Of a stretch of DNA of 32,000 nucleotides, positions 24,491 through 32,000 are shown one piece after another. Position numbers and translations under genes: made by a program. The notes under the pieces are model-generated. The model saw nothing but the letters and a program-made list of their open reading frames with translations, was not told the DNA's origin and searched no databases. The stretch is from Psychrobacter sp. DM4 (GTDB taxonomy: Bacteria; Pseudomonadota; Gammaproteobacteria; Pseudomonadales; Moraxellaceae). The first letter of the stretch is position 1. Every line of letters starts with the position of its first letter. The stretch lies in the NCBI RefSeq assembly GCF_051307035.1, contig NZ_CP195536.1:180001-212000 (forward strand), written 5' to 3'.

Positions 24491-26704
24491 TTATTTATCT
24501 GACTCATTACTTAAGTCATCATCGCTATCAGGTAGACGATTGGGATCTAAATCGCCGCTCTGTGTTCTTGGCGCAGTACCGCTACCATTAACATTAGTAC
24601 TATTTATCGTATTGTCTTTTACTAGCTTGGATGAATTGTCAGCCATGACGCCTTTTTCAGAACTGCTAGACGACTCTTTAATAGAGGGAGTCGCCTCTAT
24701 TGTTTTAGCCTCTACTAGATTTGGCTGTGCTGCTTTATCGGGAATAGCTACTTTGTCAGTGACAGCCGTATCTTCGATAACAGACTCAGTTGCGGTCTCA
24801 TCAGTCACATCGACGATCAGCTCTTTTTCTTTACGTTTTTCAGGTGCTTTATAGTCGGCTTCAAACTTGGCATCAGCATTAGCACGCGCTTGTATTTGCT
24901 TGGCGGTGACGTCGACTTCTTTTGGTTGTACCTCATCGTCGACGACTAGAGCAATCAGTTTGCGATCGCGTGCAACTACGCCGTCAAACTTGTCGGTAAT
25001 GACGCTCAGCTTACCTTCTTTGTCTATCGTATATAACGGCACGAACTGCTTATTATCCGCGCGGTACTGCTCAAAGCTATAGCTGTCAGTGATATTAGTA
25101 ATCTTGATACGTGCTTTTTTGGATATCATGCTAGCCAGCTTGGTATAAGTAACATCTTTGCCAAACAGCCACTGCGAGTGAAAGTTGGCCTGCTTGTCAT
25201 CACGCTCGCTTTTGACTTTTTCATCACTAAATTTGAGACGATAAAGTTTACGCTCGCCAAACTCATGACGATAGTGAATCTCTGATAGCGTATTCATCTC
25301 TTTATCCATACTCATGGCAAACAGATGACCAATACCGATAAGATCTAGATGATGGTCAGCATGGTCAGAGATCGGATTACCAAAGTAAGTACGTAGGCCA
25401 CTCATACGTGCTTTGGCAATAGTGGTGTAGTTGTTATGCGCGACGATAACATCGAAGCCTTGATCTTTTAAAGAGGTAGCAACGAGCAGCGCAACGGGGT
25501 TTGAGCCGACAACTAAGATGCCATTGGTCGCAGGTTCACGAACGCCAAGTAGATTGCCGACCAGTTTTGCCCCCAAGCCCTGAATCATGACCGTACCGAT
25601 AATAACCATAAATACTAGCGGCACTAGTAGCTCGACGCCTTGAATGTCATATTCTTGCAAACGAATAGCAAATAAGGATGAGATGGCGGCAGCGACGATA
25701 CCTCGCGGTCCGATCCAGCTGATCATCAGCTTCTCATTGGTCTTGAGATTGGAGCCGATAGACGACGCCCAAACCGATAAGGGACGCGCGATAAACATCA
25801 CGATAGCGAGTAGTACTAACCCTGCAAAACCAACGCTAAGCAAGCTTGCCAGCTCGACACGCGCCGCTAGAATGATGAACAGCACTGAGATGAGTAGAAC
25901 CGTCAGAGACTCGTTGAATTCTAAGATAGTATCGCGCGGGAATTTTGGCCAGTTGGCCAAGGCAACCCCAAGTACGGTAACGGTCAATAGACCAGACTCG
26001 TGTTCTAAGTGGTTGGATATCGAAAATAGCAATAGCACGTAGGCTAAGGTAAAGACGTTACGTAAAAATTCAGGCACCATGTGACGACGCATCAAAAACG
26101 CTAGGAACCAAGCCCCTGCCATACCAATAGCTGTTGCTAACACAACGATTTTGGCAAACAGCAAGATACTACTGGCTTCACCGCCTGAGATGATGTACTC
26201 ATAGACCAATACCACAGCGATCGCGCCAATGGGATCAATGATGATGCCTTCCCATTTCAAGATGTTGGAGATAGTCTTGTTGGGGCGTACGCTGCGCAGT
26301 AGCGGCATAATAACGGTCGGACCCGTCACACAAACCAGCGCCCCGAATAGTAGGGCGATTAAAGGATCAACATCGAATAGTAGATACGTTGAGAGTGCAA
26401 CGATAGCAATAGTGATGAGTACGCCGACGGAGACCAATAGCTGCACCACTGAGCCGTGTTGTTTGATCTCCTCGAATTCTAAAGTCAGTGACCCCTCAAA
26501 TAAAATGATGGCCACGCCTAATGAGATAAAAGGGAACATCAGCTCACCCAGTACCAAATCAGGGTCGAAGTAGCCCAGTACGGGGCCTACGATAATACCT
26601 ATCAATAATAAAAATAAAATGGACGGCTGCTTTAGATACCAAGCTAACCATTGGGCGGCGATGCCAAGCCCAACCACGCCAGATAATAATAGGGCGGTAT
26701 CCAT
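24491..26704 (-). CDS. CPA1-family cation:proton (Na+/H+) antiporter fused to an RCK/TrkA-N-like domain and an acidic disordered tail
   Basis: About 400 aa of polytopic Na+/H+ exchanger domain, then 'ILVVGSNPVALLVATSLKDQGFDVIVA' (Rossmann-like), then a low-complexity C-terminus. Confidence 0.85.
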   Translation of the reverse strand: MDTALLLSGVVGLGIAAQWLAWYLKQPSILFLLLIGIIVGPVLGYFDPDLVLGELMFPFISLGVAIILFEGSLTLEFEEIKQHGSVVQLLVSVGVLITIAIVALSTYLLFDVDPLIALLFGALVCVTGPTVIMPLLRSVRPNKTISNILKWEGIIIDPIGAIAVVLVYEYIISGGEASSILLFAKIVVLATAIGMAGAWFLAFLMRRHMVPEFLRNVFTLAYVLLLFSISNHLEHESGLLTVTVLGVALANWPKFPRDTILEFNESLTVLLISVLFIILAARVELASLLSVGFAGLVLLAIVMFIARPLSVWASSIGSNLKTNEKLMISWIGPRGIVAAAISSLFAIRLQEYDIQGVELLVPLVFMVIIGTVMIQGLGAKLVGNLLGVREPATNGILVVGSNPVALLVATSLKDQGFDVIVAHNNYTTIAKARMSGLRTYFGNPISDHADHHLDLIGIGHLFAMSMDKEMNTLSEIHYRHEFGERKLYRLKFSDEKVKSERDDKQANFHSQWLFGKDVTYTKLASMISKKARIKITNITDSYSFEQYRADNKQFVPLYTIDKEGKLSVITDKFDGVVARDRKLIALVVDDEVQPKEVDVTAKQIQARANADAKFEADYKAPEKRKEKELIVDVTDETATESVIEDTAVTDKVAIPDKAAQPNLVEAKTIEATPSIKESSSSSEKGVMADNSSKLVKDNTINSTNVNGSGTAPRTQSGDLDPNRLPDSDDDLSNESDK

Positions 26705-27137
26705 AAATTAATCCTTTTATAATCTTGTCCTATCACCAAACATTTGAGTGAGGTTGTAGACAGTCTCAAATGCTATATTTATAAAAACAAAAAATGCCTG
26801 TTACAACGAGTAGATACAAGCTGATACGGAAATAACAATAAAAAAAGTCAACAATAGTCAAAATAGAGACATAGCTTGGACTATCATTATCTTGCTGAGT
26901 CAATTATTGGGTTTGTTATCATATCATGATTTTATTTTTTTTATGTTGAGCGTCTTTTACGCGCTATTATCACTTGTCTGAAAAAACATGATATAAAGTA
27001 AAATACTACGCTAATGTCATAAGTTGCAGCCTACAGGCGCCTTTTAGACGGTAGCTTCAAAGCAGTAGCTGGCATAAACGTCAAACACAAAAAACGTTCT
27101 TATAACAAATACAAAACCCCTTTATCAGGAGCCTCTT

Positions 27138-28604
27138 ATGCCTATCATCACTCAGTCCTCTGTTACCCAAGCTTCTATCAAAATGCGCCGCAAACACTGG
27201 CTACCTCGTACCACCTTGGCGCTTGCGATGAGTATGACAGCACTTGTGGGTATAAATGTAGCAACGATATCGACGGCTAAGGCTGCCGTAACGACGGCCG
27301 ATTTCTCTGATCTGGTGCAACAAGTGACGCCAGGGGTGGCGCGCGTTAACGTTACCAAGACAGTCAGCGAGGCGGAATTGGCACAAGCGCAAACCGCCGA
27401 GCTACTGCGTCAGTTCTTTGGTGATCGCGTGCGCTTGCCAAACAGACCTGCGACCCCAGCGATAGAGCACGCTTATGGCACTGCCTTTTTTATTACCCCT
27501 GATGGCTATATGCTCACCAACCACCATGTGGTCGAAGGTGCTGACAAGATAACTGTGACTCTCAACGACCGTACCGAGCTGGATGCCACTTTGATCGGTA
27601 GTGATGAGCGCTCAGATGTGGCAGTTCTTAAAGTGACAGGCAAACAGTTTCCCGCACTGCCTATTGGCGACTCTAATACGATAAGGGTAGGCGAGCCGGT
27701 ACTTGCTATTGGTTCTCCTTTTGGTTTTGACTATTCAGCCTCTGCTGGTATCGTGAGCGCCAAATCTCGTAGCTTTTCGCGGGAGACGAGCGTACCGTTC
27801 ATTCAGACGGATGTAGCGTTGAATCCGGGCAACTCTGGGGGTCCACTGTTCAATCAGCGCGGCGAAGTAGTGGGTATCAACTCGCGCATATTTAGTGGTA
27901 CTGGCGGCTATATGGGATTATCGTTCTCGATACCGATGGATGCAGCTATGGATATTTATGAGCAGCTCAAAACGAGTGGTGAGGTGGCGCGCGCTTATTT
28001 GGGTATTTATCCGCAAGACATCGATCGCAATCTAGCAGAAGCTTATAATTTGTCTCGTCCACAAGGGGCGCTATTGACCCGTATATCACCTGATTCCCCA
28101 GCACAAAAAGCGGGACTCAAAACGGGCGATATCATCCTAAAATTTAATAACACCGATATTATGCGCGCCTCAGATCTGCTCAACATGATCAATCGCGCCA
28201 GTCCTAACGAGACTTTTCGCGCGCAAATACAGCGTGATGGCAAACCGCTGATGATCAATGGTATCTTTAGTTTAGCGCCAAGTGATATACAGGCGCAGGG
28301 TCGAGACGGACAGGATAATGAGGTGCGTCTAGGTCTGCGTTTACGTGATTTGACCCCAGATGAGCAAGCAGAACTAAAGACCAATGATAAAGCGGGCATT
28401 ATCGTAACTGCTATCGATCCTACAGGGCTTGCTGCTCGTTCAGGACTGATGGCAGGCGATATGGTCACTAATTTGCACCAAAAGCCTATTGCTAACGTCA
28501 CCGATTTTACCAGTGCGCTGTCCTCCCTGCCCAAAAGTGGCGTCGTTACTATCGAGGTGATACGCCAAGGTATTCCTGCCATAATAGGACTACGTATTGA
28601 GTAG
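27138..28604 (+). CDS. degP: Periplasmic serine endoprotease of the DegP/DegQ/MucD (HtrA, Do) family with two PDZ domains
   Basis: It has a signal peptide and catalytic triad contexts 'LTNHHVVEGA', 'DVAVLKV' and 'GNSGGPL', followed by two PDZ-like regions. An AGGAG Shine-Dalgarno lies 6 nt before the ATG at 27138. Confidence 0.9.
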   Translation: MPIITQSSVTQASIKMRRKHWLPRTTLALAMSMTALVGINVATISTAKAAVTTADFSDLVQQVTPGVARVNVTKTVSEAELAQAQTAELLRQFFGDRVRLPNRPATPAIEHAYGTAFFITPDGYMLTNHHVVEGADKITVTLNDRTELDATLIGSDERSDVAVLKVTGKQFPALPIGDSNTIRVGEPVLAIGSPFGFDYSASAGIVSAKSRSFSRETSVPFIQTDVALNPGNSGGPLFNQRGEVVGINSRIFSGTGGYMGLSFSIPMDAAMDIYEQLKTSGEVARAYLGIYPQDIDRNLAEAYNLSRPQGALLTRISPDSPAQKAGLKTGDIILKFNNTDIMRASDLLNMINRASPNETFRAQIQRDGKPLMINGIFSLAPSDIQAQGRDGQDNEVRLGLRLRDLTPDEQAELKTNDKAGIIVTAIDPTGLAARSGLMAGDMVTNLHQKPIANVTDFTSALSSLPKSGVVTIEVIRQGIPAIIGLRIE

Positions 28605-28611
28605 TGAATCC

Positions 28612-28628
28612 TGCCTTTGCTAAAGGCA
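28612..28628 (+). terminator. Weak hairpin after the protease gene
   Basis: tgccttt-gct-aaaggca forms a 7-bp stem, but no U-run follows. Confidence 0.25.
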
Positions 28629-28726
28629 ATTGAGAGATGGTAGGCAAATTAAAATATGCTACACTAGCGCTCATTTATTATGATAAATAATGATAGCAGT
28701 TTTAGCGTGCTGATGAACGTACCTAT

Positions 28727-28751
28727 AAGAGTACCGAGGAAGAGTACCGAG
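28727..28751 (+). repeat. Tandem 13-bp duplication upstream of dapA
   Basis: aagagtaccgag at 28727-28738 and again at 28740-28751, separated by a single g. Confidence 0.7.
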
Positions 28752-28889
28752 ACTAACAATTAAGACCCTTGTTTATCTCTGTCATTACTTAATAATTAGA
28801 CAAGGCACGCACGCTTAGCGCTTGTTTGCCACTATTAGAGCTTTAACAAAAGCCAAAATAAAGCCAATACACTATACAAAGGCGCAGTT

Positions 28890-29795
28890 ATGAGTACAGC
28901 ATACGACGATATGAAAACCCGACTACAAGGTTCAATGGTTGCCTTAGTCACACCTATGATGCCTGATGGTCAGGTAGATTATAAACGTCTGGCTACGCTT
29001 ATAGACTGGCAGATTGAGCAAGGCACGCACTGCTTGGTCGCAGTAGGCACAACGGGTGAGTCGGCTACTTTGTCTATGCAAGAGCATAGCGAGGTCATTC
29101 GTTATTTTGTTCGGCATGTTAAAGACCGCGTCCCTGTGATTGCTGGCACTGGTGCTAACAATACAATTGAAGCTATTAAGCTCACCCGCGATGCCAAAGA
29201 AGCTGGCGCGGACTGTGCGCTGCTTGTAGCACCTTATTACAATAAGCCGCCACAAGAAGGTCTATATCAGCACTATAAAGCTATCGCTGAAGCTGTTGAT
29301 ATGCCGCAAATGCTCTACAACGTGCCTGGACGTACTGTTGTTGATATCGCCCAAGAGACGATTGAGCGTTTGGCTGATATTGATAATATCGTTGCGATAA
29401 AAGATGCGACCGGATCGGTCGGTCGCGGTGAGCAGCTCATAAAAGCCGTTGGTTCACGTCTAGTCGTCTTATCAGGTGATGACGGTACCGCGCTTGATCT
29501 GATGCGTGTAGGTGCAAAAGGTAATATCTCAGTCACCGCAAACGTCGCACCAAAAGCGATGAGCGAAACGTTTAGCGCTGCACTGCGCGGCGACTTTGAG
29601 TCTGCGATGACAGCCCATGACGTGGTCAAACATTTGCACCGTGACCTGTTCATCGAGTCAAGTCCTATCCCTGCCAAATATGCACTATACAAAATGGGCA
29701 TGATAGATAAAGGCATTCGTTTGCCGCTAGTCTGGCTGGCGGATAAGCATCAGTCGACAATTGATAAAGCTTTGGTACAAGCCAATTTAGTGTAA
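28890..29795 (+). CDS. dapA: 4-hydroxy-tetrahydrodipicolinate synthase
   Basis: 'GSMVALVTPM', 'VAVGTTGESATLS' and 'YNVPGRT' are present, with the Schiff-base lysine context 'VAIKDATG'. Confidence 0.95.
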   Translation: MSTAYDDMKTRLQGSMVALVTPMMPDGQVDYKRLATLIDWQIEQGTHCLVAVGTTGESATLSMQEHSEVIRYFVRHVKDRVPVIAGTGANNTIEAIKLTRDAKEAGADCALLVAPYYNKPPQEGLYQHYKAIAEAVDMPQMLYNVPGRTVVDIAQETIERLADIDNIVAIKDATGSVGRGEQLIKAVGSRLVVLSGDDGTALDLMRVGAKGNISVTANVAPKAMSETFSAALRGDFESAMTAHDVVKHLHRDLFIESSPIPAKYALYKMGMIDKGIRLPLVWLADKHQSTIDKALVQANLV

Positions 29796-29922
29796 GCGCA
29801 ATATAAAAGCGTTTAAGCTGAATTTGACAATTACGTTTAACGATTATGCTTAGTATCAATCTTTAGTATTAACATTCAGCGTTTATGATTAACGCAACCG
29901 ACATTACAGCAGAGACACTATT

Positions 29923-30243
29923 ATGAAGACCTTATTTACACCTTCAAAATCTTTTGCAGCGCTATTAACCTTAGTGCTAGGTAGCACGGTAGTACTTAGC
30001 GGCTGTCAAACTGCTAAAGGCTGGTTGTCACAACGAGACAATGGTAGCTTAGAGTACCAAAACAGCCAAAAGCTAGCCCCATTAGAGCTACCAGCCGCGC
30101 AAAAGACTGCGGCGTTTATACCGCTATACCCGACTCCTAACGCTGGCGTGAACACCTTGACTTTAGAAAATGAGGCGGGTAAGCAGTATCTGCTACCCAA
30201 GCCTGAACGAGCCATTGCTGTCAGTTCTGATCCTACAAACTAA
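29923..30243 (+). CDS. Short lipoprotein in the bamC (nlpB) syntenic slot; candidate minimal BamC
   Basis: It has a lipobox 'VLSGC' and sits between dapA and purC as in E. coli dapA-bamC-purC. The mature N-terminus 'NGSLEYQNSQKLAPLELP' aligns with my recollection of E. coli BamC 'SGDEAYLEAAPLAELHAP' (G-x3-Y-x5-L-x2-L-x2-P). Confidence 0.45.
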   Translation: MKTLFTPSKSFAALLTLVLGSTVVLSGCQTAKGWLSQRDNGSLEYQNSQKLAPLELPAAQKTAAFIPLYPTPNAGVNTLTLENEAGKQYLLPKPERAIAVSSDPTN

Positions 30244-30361
30244 TCTTTTTTATACTGCTACGGCTTTTGAAGATAATGAGAGATTTATTATTATCCGCTA
30301 AATACTGATGGCAGCTGCGCGTTTTTATTACTTTAAGCTTGAACGAACAGGAAAATCTACT

Positions 30362-31075
30362 ATGCAAAAGCAACAACTGCTCTACAAAGGCAAAGCCAAA
30401 TCTGTATATGAGACTGATGATAGTGATCTGTTGATTCTACACTTTCGTGATGATACGTCAGCCTTTGATGGCGAGCGTATAGAGCAGTTGGCACGTAAGG
30501 GTGCTGTCAATAATCGCTTCAATGCTTTTATTATGCAAAAGCTTGATGAGGCAGGTATCGAGACTCATTTTAAAGAGCACTTATCGGATAATGAGGTGCT
30601 AGTCAAGCGCCTTGATATGATTCCTGTTGAGTGTGTGGTTCGTAACTTTGCCGCTGGTAGCTTGGTACGCCGTTTGGGTATTGAGGAGGGGCAGGCACTC
30701 AATCCACCAACTTATGAGCTGTTCTACAAAGATGATGCTTTAGGTGATCCAATGGTCAATGAGTCACTATCGGTTTCTCTTGGCTGGGCGACTGAGGCGC
30801 AACTGGCCGCAATGAAAGAGCTGACTTATCAAGTTAATGATGTGCTCAAAGGCTTGTTCGATGACGGCGACTTGATGCTCGTTGATTTTAAGTTAGAATT
30901 TGGTGTATTCCATGACCGTATCGTCTTAGGTGACGAGTTCTCGCCAGATGGCTGCCGAATTTGGGATAAGACGACCAAGAAAAAGCTCGATAAAGACCGT
31001 TTTCGCCAGTCGCTTGGTGATGTTATCGAAGGCTATGAAGAAGTGGCAAAGCGTATCGGTGTACCGTCACCCTAA
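30362..31075 (+). CDS. purC: Phosphoribosylaminoimidazole-succinocarboxamide (SAICAR) synthase
   Basis: [20 protein letters not shown].., 'RDD.SAFDG' and 'LVD.K.EFG' are present. I placed the start at the ATG at 30362, not the tracked upstream Met. Confidence 0.93.
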   Translation: MQKQQLLYKGKAKSVYETDDSDLLILHFRDDTSAFDGERIEQLARKGAVNNRFNAFIMQKLDEAGIETHFKEHLSDNEVLVKRLDMIPVECVVRNFAAGSLVRRLGIEEGQALNPPTYELFYKDDALGDPMVNESLSVSLGWATEAQLAAMKELTYQVNDVLKGLFDDGDLMLVDFKLEFGVFHDRIVLGDEFSPDGCRIWDKTTKKKLDKDRFRQSLGDVIEGYEEVAKRIGVPSP

Positions 31076-31091
31076 GCAATACGTAATTCCT

Positions 31092-31121
31092 AAAAAACTA
31101 AGCCTTAAGCTTGGTTTTTTT
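31092..31121 (+). terminator. Rho-independent terminator after purC
   Basis: aaaaaactaagc pairs with gcttggttttttt (one G-U pair) around the loop ctta, followed by a U-run. Confidence 0.75.
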
Positions 31122-31215
31122 ATGCAAAAAATTACTTAATAATCATTAAACGGACACGGTAGTATAAACATAACCTTTTTATAATAGAGCTCAAGTCGCC
31201 AATAAAGTGTTTATT

Positions 31216-31851
31216 ATGTCAGAATCAACCTCATCGACTGTCCTACCTTCATCATGGTTTACTCGTCCCACATGCGTTGTCGCTGCTGACTTAGTTGGCA
31301 AAGTACTGTGCCGCACTCTAATAGATAAGGATGGCGCGCAAAAAACCTTGCGTATGCGTATCTCAGAGACTGAAGGCTATATCGGAGAGAGCGACGGCTC
31401 GGTCGCAGCGCATTTAAAAAAAGGCAAGGGCGCCTCAAATATAATGTCTCAATCAGGGGGCGTCTTTTACGTGTACCTAACGTATGGCGTTCATCATATG
31501 CTCAATCTAGTTACAGGCGCTGCAGACTCTCCTGAATCGGTGCTGATTCGTGCAGGGTTCTTGAGTACAGACAGTGATCGGCTGGCTGACGAACAAACCC
31601 TGAGCACAGACAAACAGCTCACTCACCCCAAGCAGTTCGCAGGTCCTGGTAAGCTGACCAAACGCTTACAAATAGACAAATCCCTTTATGATAAGTCTAT
31701 ATCTCCTGAGTCAAAGGTTTGGATCGAAGATGATGGGTGCGCGCCGCCAGTATCGCTGCGCCCGCGTATCGGTATCGACTATGCTGGAGAGGCCAAGGAC
31801 TGGCTACTACGTTATGTCTGGACCGATCATCCTTCTTTATCTAAAAAGTAG
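31216..31851 (+). CDS. DNA-3-methyladenine (alkylpurine) glycosylase, AAG/Mpg family
   Basis: 'VVAADLVGKVL', 'ISETEGYIG..D...H' and 'GGVFYVYLTYGVHHMLNLV' match the PF02245-type pattern. I preferred the ATG at 31216 over the tracked GTG at 31207. Confidence 0.78.
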   Translation: MSESTSSTVLPSSWFTRPTCVVAADLVGKVLCRTLIDKDGAQKTLRMRISETEGYIGESDGSVAAHLKKGKGASNIMSQSGGVFYVYLTYGVHHMLNLVTGAADSPESVLIRAGFLSTDSDRLADEQTLSTDKQLTHPKQFAGPGKLTKRLQIDKSLYDKSISPESKVWIEDDGCAPPVSLRPRIGIDYAGEAKDWLLRYVWTDHPSLSKK

Positions 31852-31893
31852 CATCTATAAAATAGCTATAACACTATAAGCAGAGAAAACACT

Positions 31894-32000
31894 ATGTATA
31901 AGCTCACCGTTTTTGTTCCTAGAGCATCGTTGGATACTGTCAAAATCGCATTGTTCGCTGCAGGGGCTGGTCGTATCGGTAACTACGAGCAGTGCTGCTG
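31894..32000 (+). CDS. Nif3/YqfO C-terminal-domain-like small protein, 3' end beyond the window
   Basis: The frame from the ATG at 31894 stays open to the window edge: MYKLTVFVPRASLDTVKIALFAAGAGRIGNYEQCC. It resembles the ~100-aa 'MYKL.FYVP....E.VK.ALF.AGAGRIG.Y' proteins. It is absent from the ORF track because it has no stop in the window. Confidence 0.45.
   Translation, partial: MYKLTVFVPRASLDTVKIALFAAGAGRIGNYEQCC

Noticed and set aside
24540-26573. Several 70-130-aa plus-strand ORFs inside the antiporter gene (24540-24854, 24867-25082, 25644-26042, 26229-26573)
   Set aside because: All are antisense to a continuous 737-aa transporter ORF. They are Ser/Thr/Ala-rich shadow frames.
27075-27102. 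Possible sigmaE/AlgU-type promoter upstream of the protease gene (aaacgt-N16-tctta)
   Set aside because: It is only a weak match to GAACTT-N16-TCTGA/TCAAA, and AT-rich context makes such matches easy to find by chance.
28043-28582. 179-aa ORF antisense to the DegP/HtrA protease gene
   Set aside because: It lies entirely within a gene supported by strong motifs. Its Arg/Ser/Pro-rich composition is typical of a shadow frame, and it has no Shine-Dalgarno sequence or recognisable motifs.
28605-28889. Riboswitch or leader structure upstream of dapA
   Set aside because: I could not recognise lysine-riboswitch conserved helices or any convincing structure. Only the short tandem duplication is reported.
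1-32000. Search for CRISPR arrays, tRNA/rRNA genes, IS elements, integrases and prophage modules
   Set aside because: I saw no regularly spaced repeats with unique spacers, no cloverleaf-like or rRNA-like segments, and no transposase, integrase or phage-like ORFs in any frame.

Overview
This window looks like a chromosomal segment of a gammaproteobacterium. Gene content and protein style suggest Moraxellaceae, possibly Psychrobacter, but that taxon is my inference and is unverified. Most of the window is housekeeping: tex (5' truncated), a DesC/DesB-like reductase plus desaturase pair, ettA, plsB, ybaK, a large acyl-CoA dehydrogenase, aroE, pabC, mltG, tmk, a CPA1 antiporter with an RCK-like domain, a DegP/HtrA protease, dapA, a short lipoprotein, purC and an AAG-family glycosylase. 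Convergent gene pairs are closed by clear bidirectional rho-independent terminators. I saw no rRNA, tRNA, CRISPR array, transposase or integrase. The main accessory feature is a roughly 1.3 kb low-GC islet (about 20978-22312) splitting the normally contiguous pabC-mltG-tmk cluster. It carries a solitary DpnI-family, G(m6A)TC-dependent restriction endonuclease and a small acidic DpnD/PcfM-like protein, in the same order as the Streptococcus pneumoniae DpnI cassette, with no methyltransferase. All five GATC sites I found in the islet fall within 101 bp of the spacer between the two genes. Other points worth a second look are: (1) a signal-peptide protein built from 39-aa tandem modules, with a decayed third module continuing in frame past two TAG codons; (2) an adjacent orphan secreted protein preceded by an array of ATGTAG hexamers; (3) a nested palindrome and direct-repeat element in the reductase-desaturase spacer; and (4) a 106-aa lipoprotein in the bamC position that seems to keep only the BamC N-terminal segment. 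Several housekeeping proteins also carry low-complexity extensions. All homology calls rest on remembered motifs and sequences, not database searches, and all counts were made by eye.
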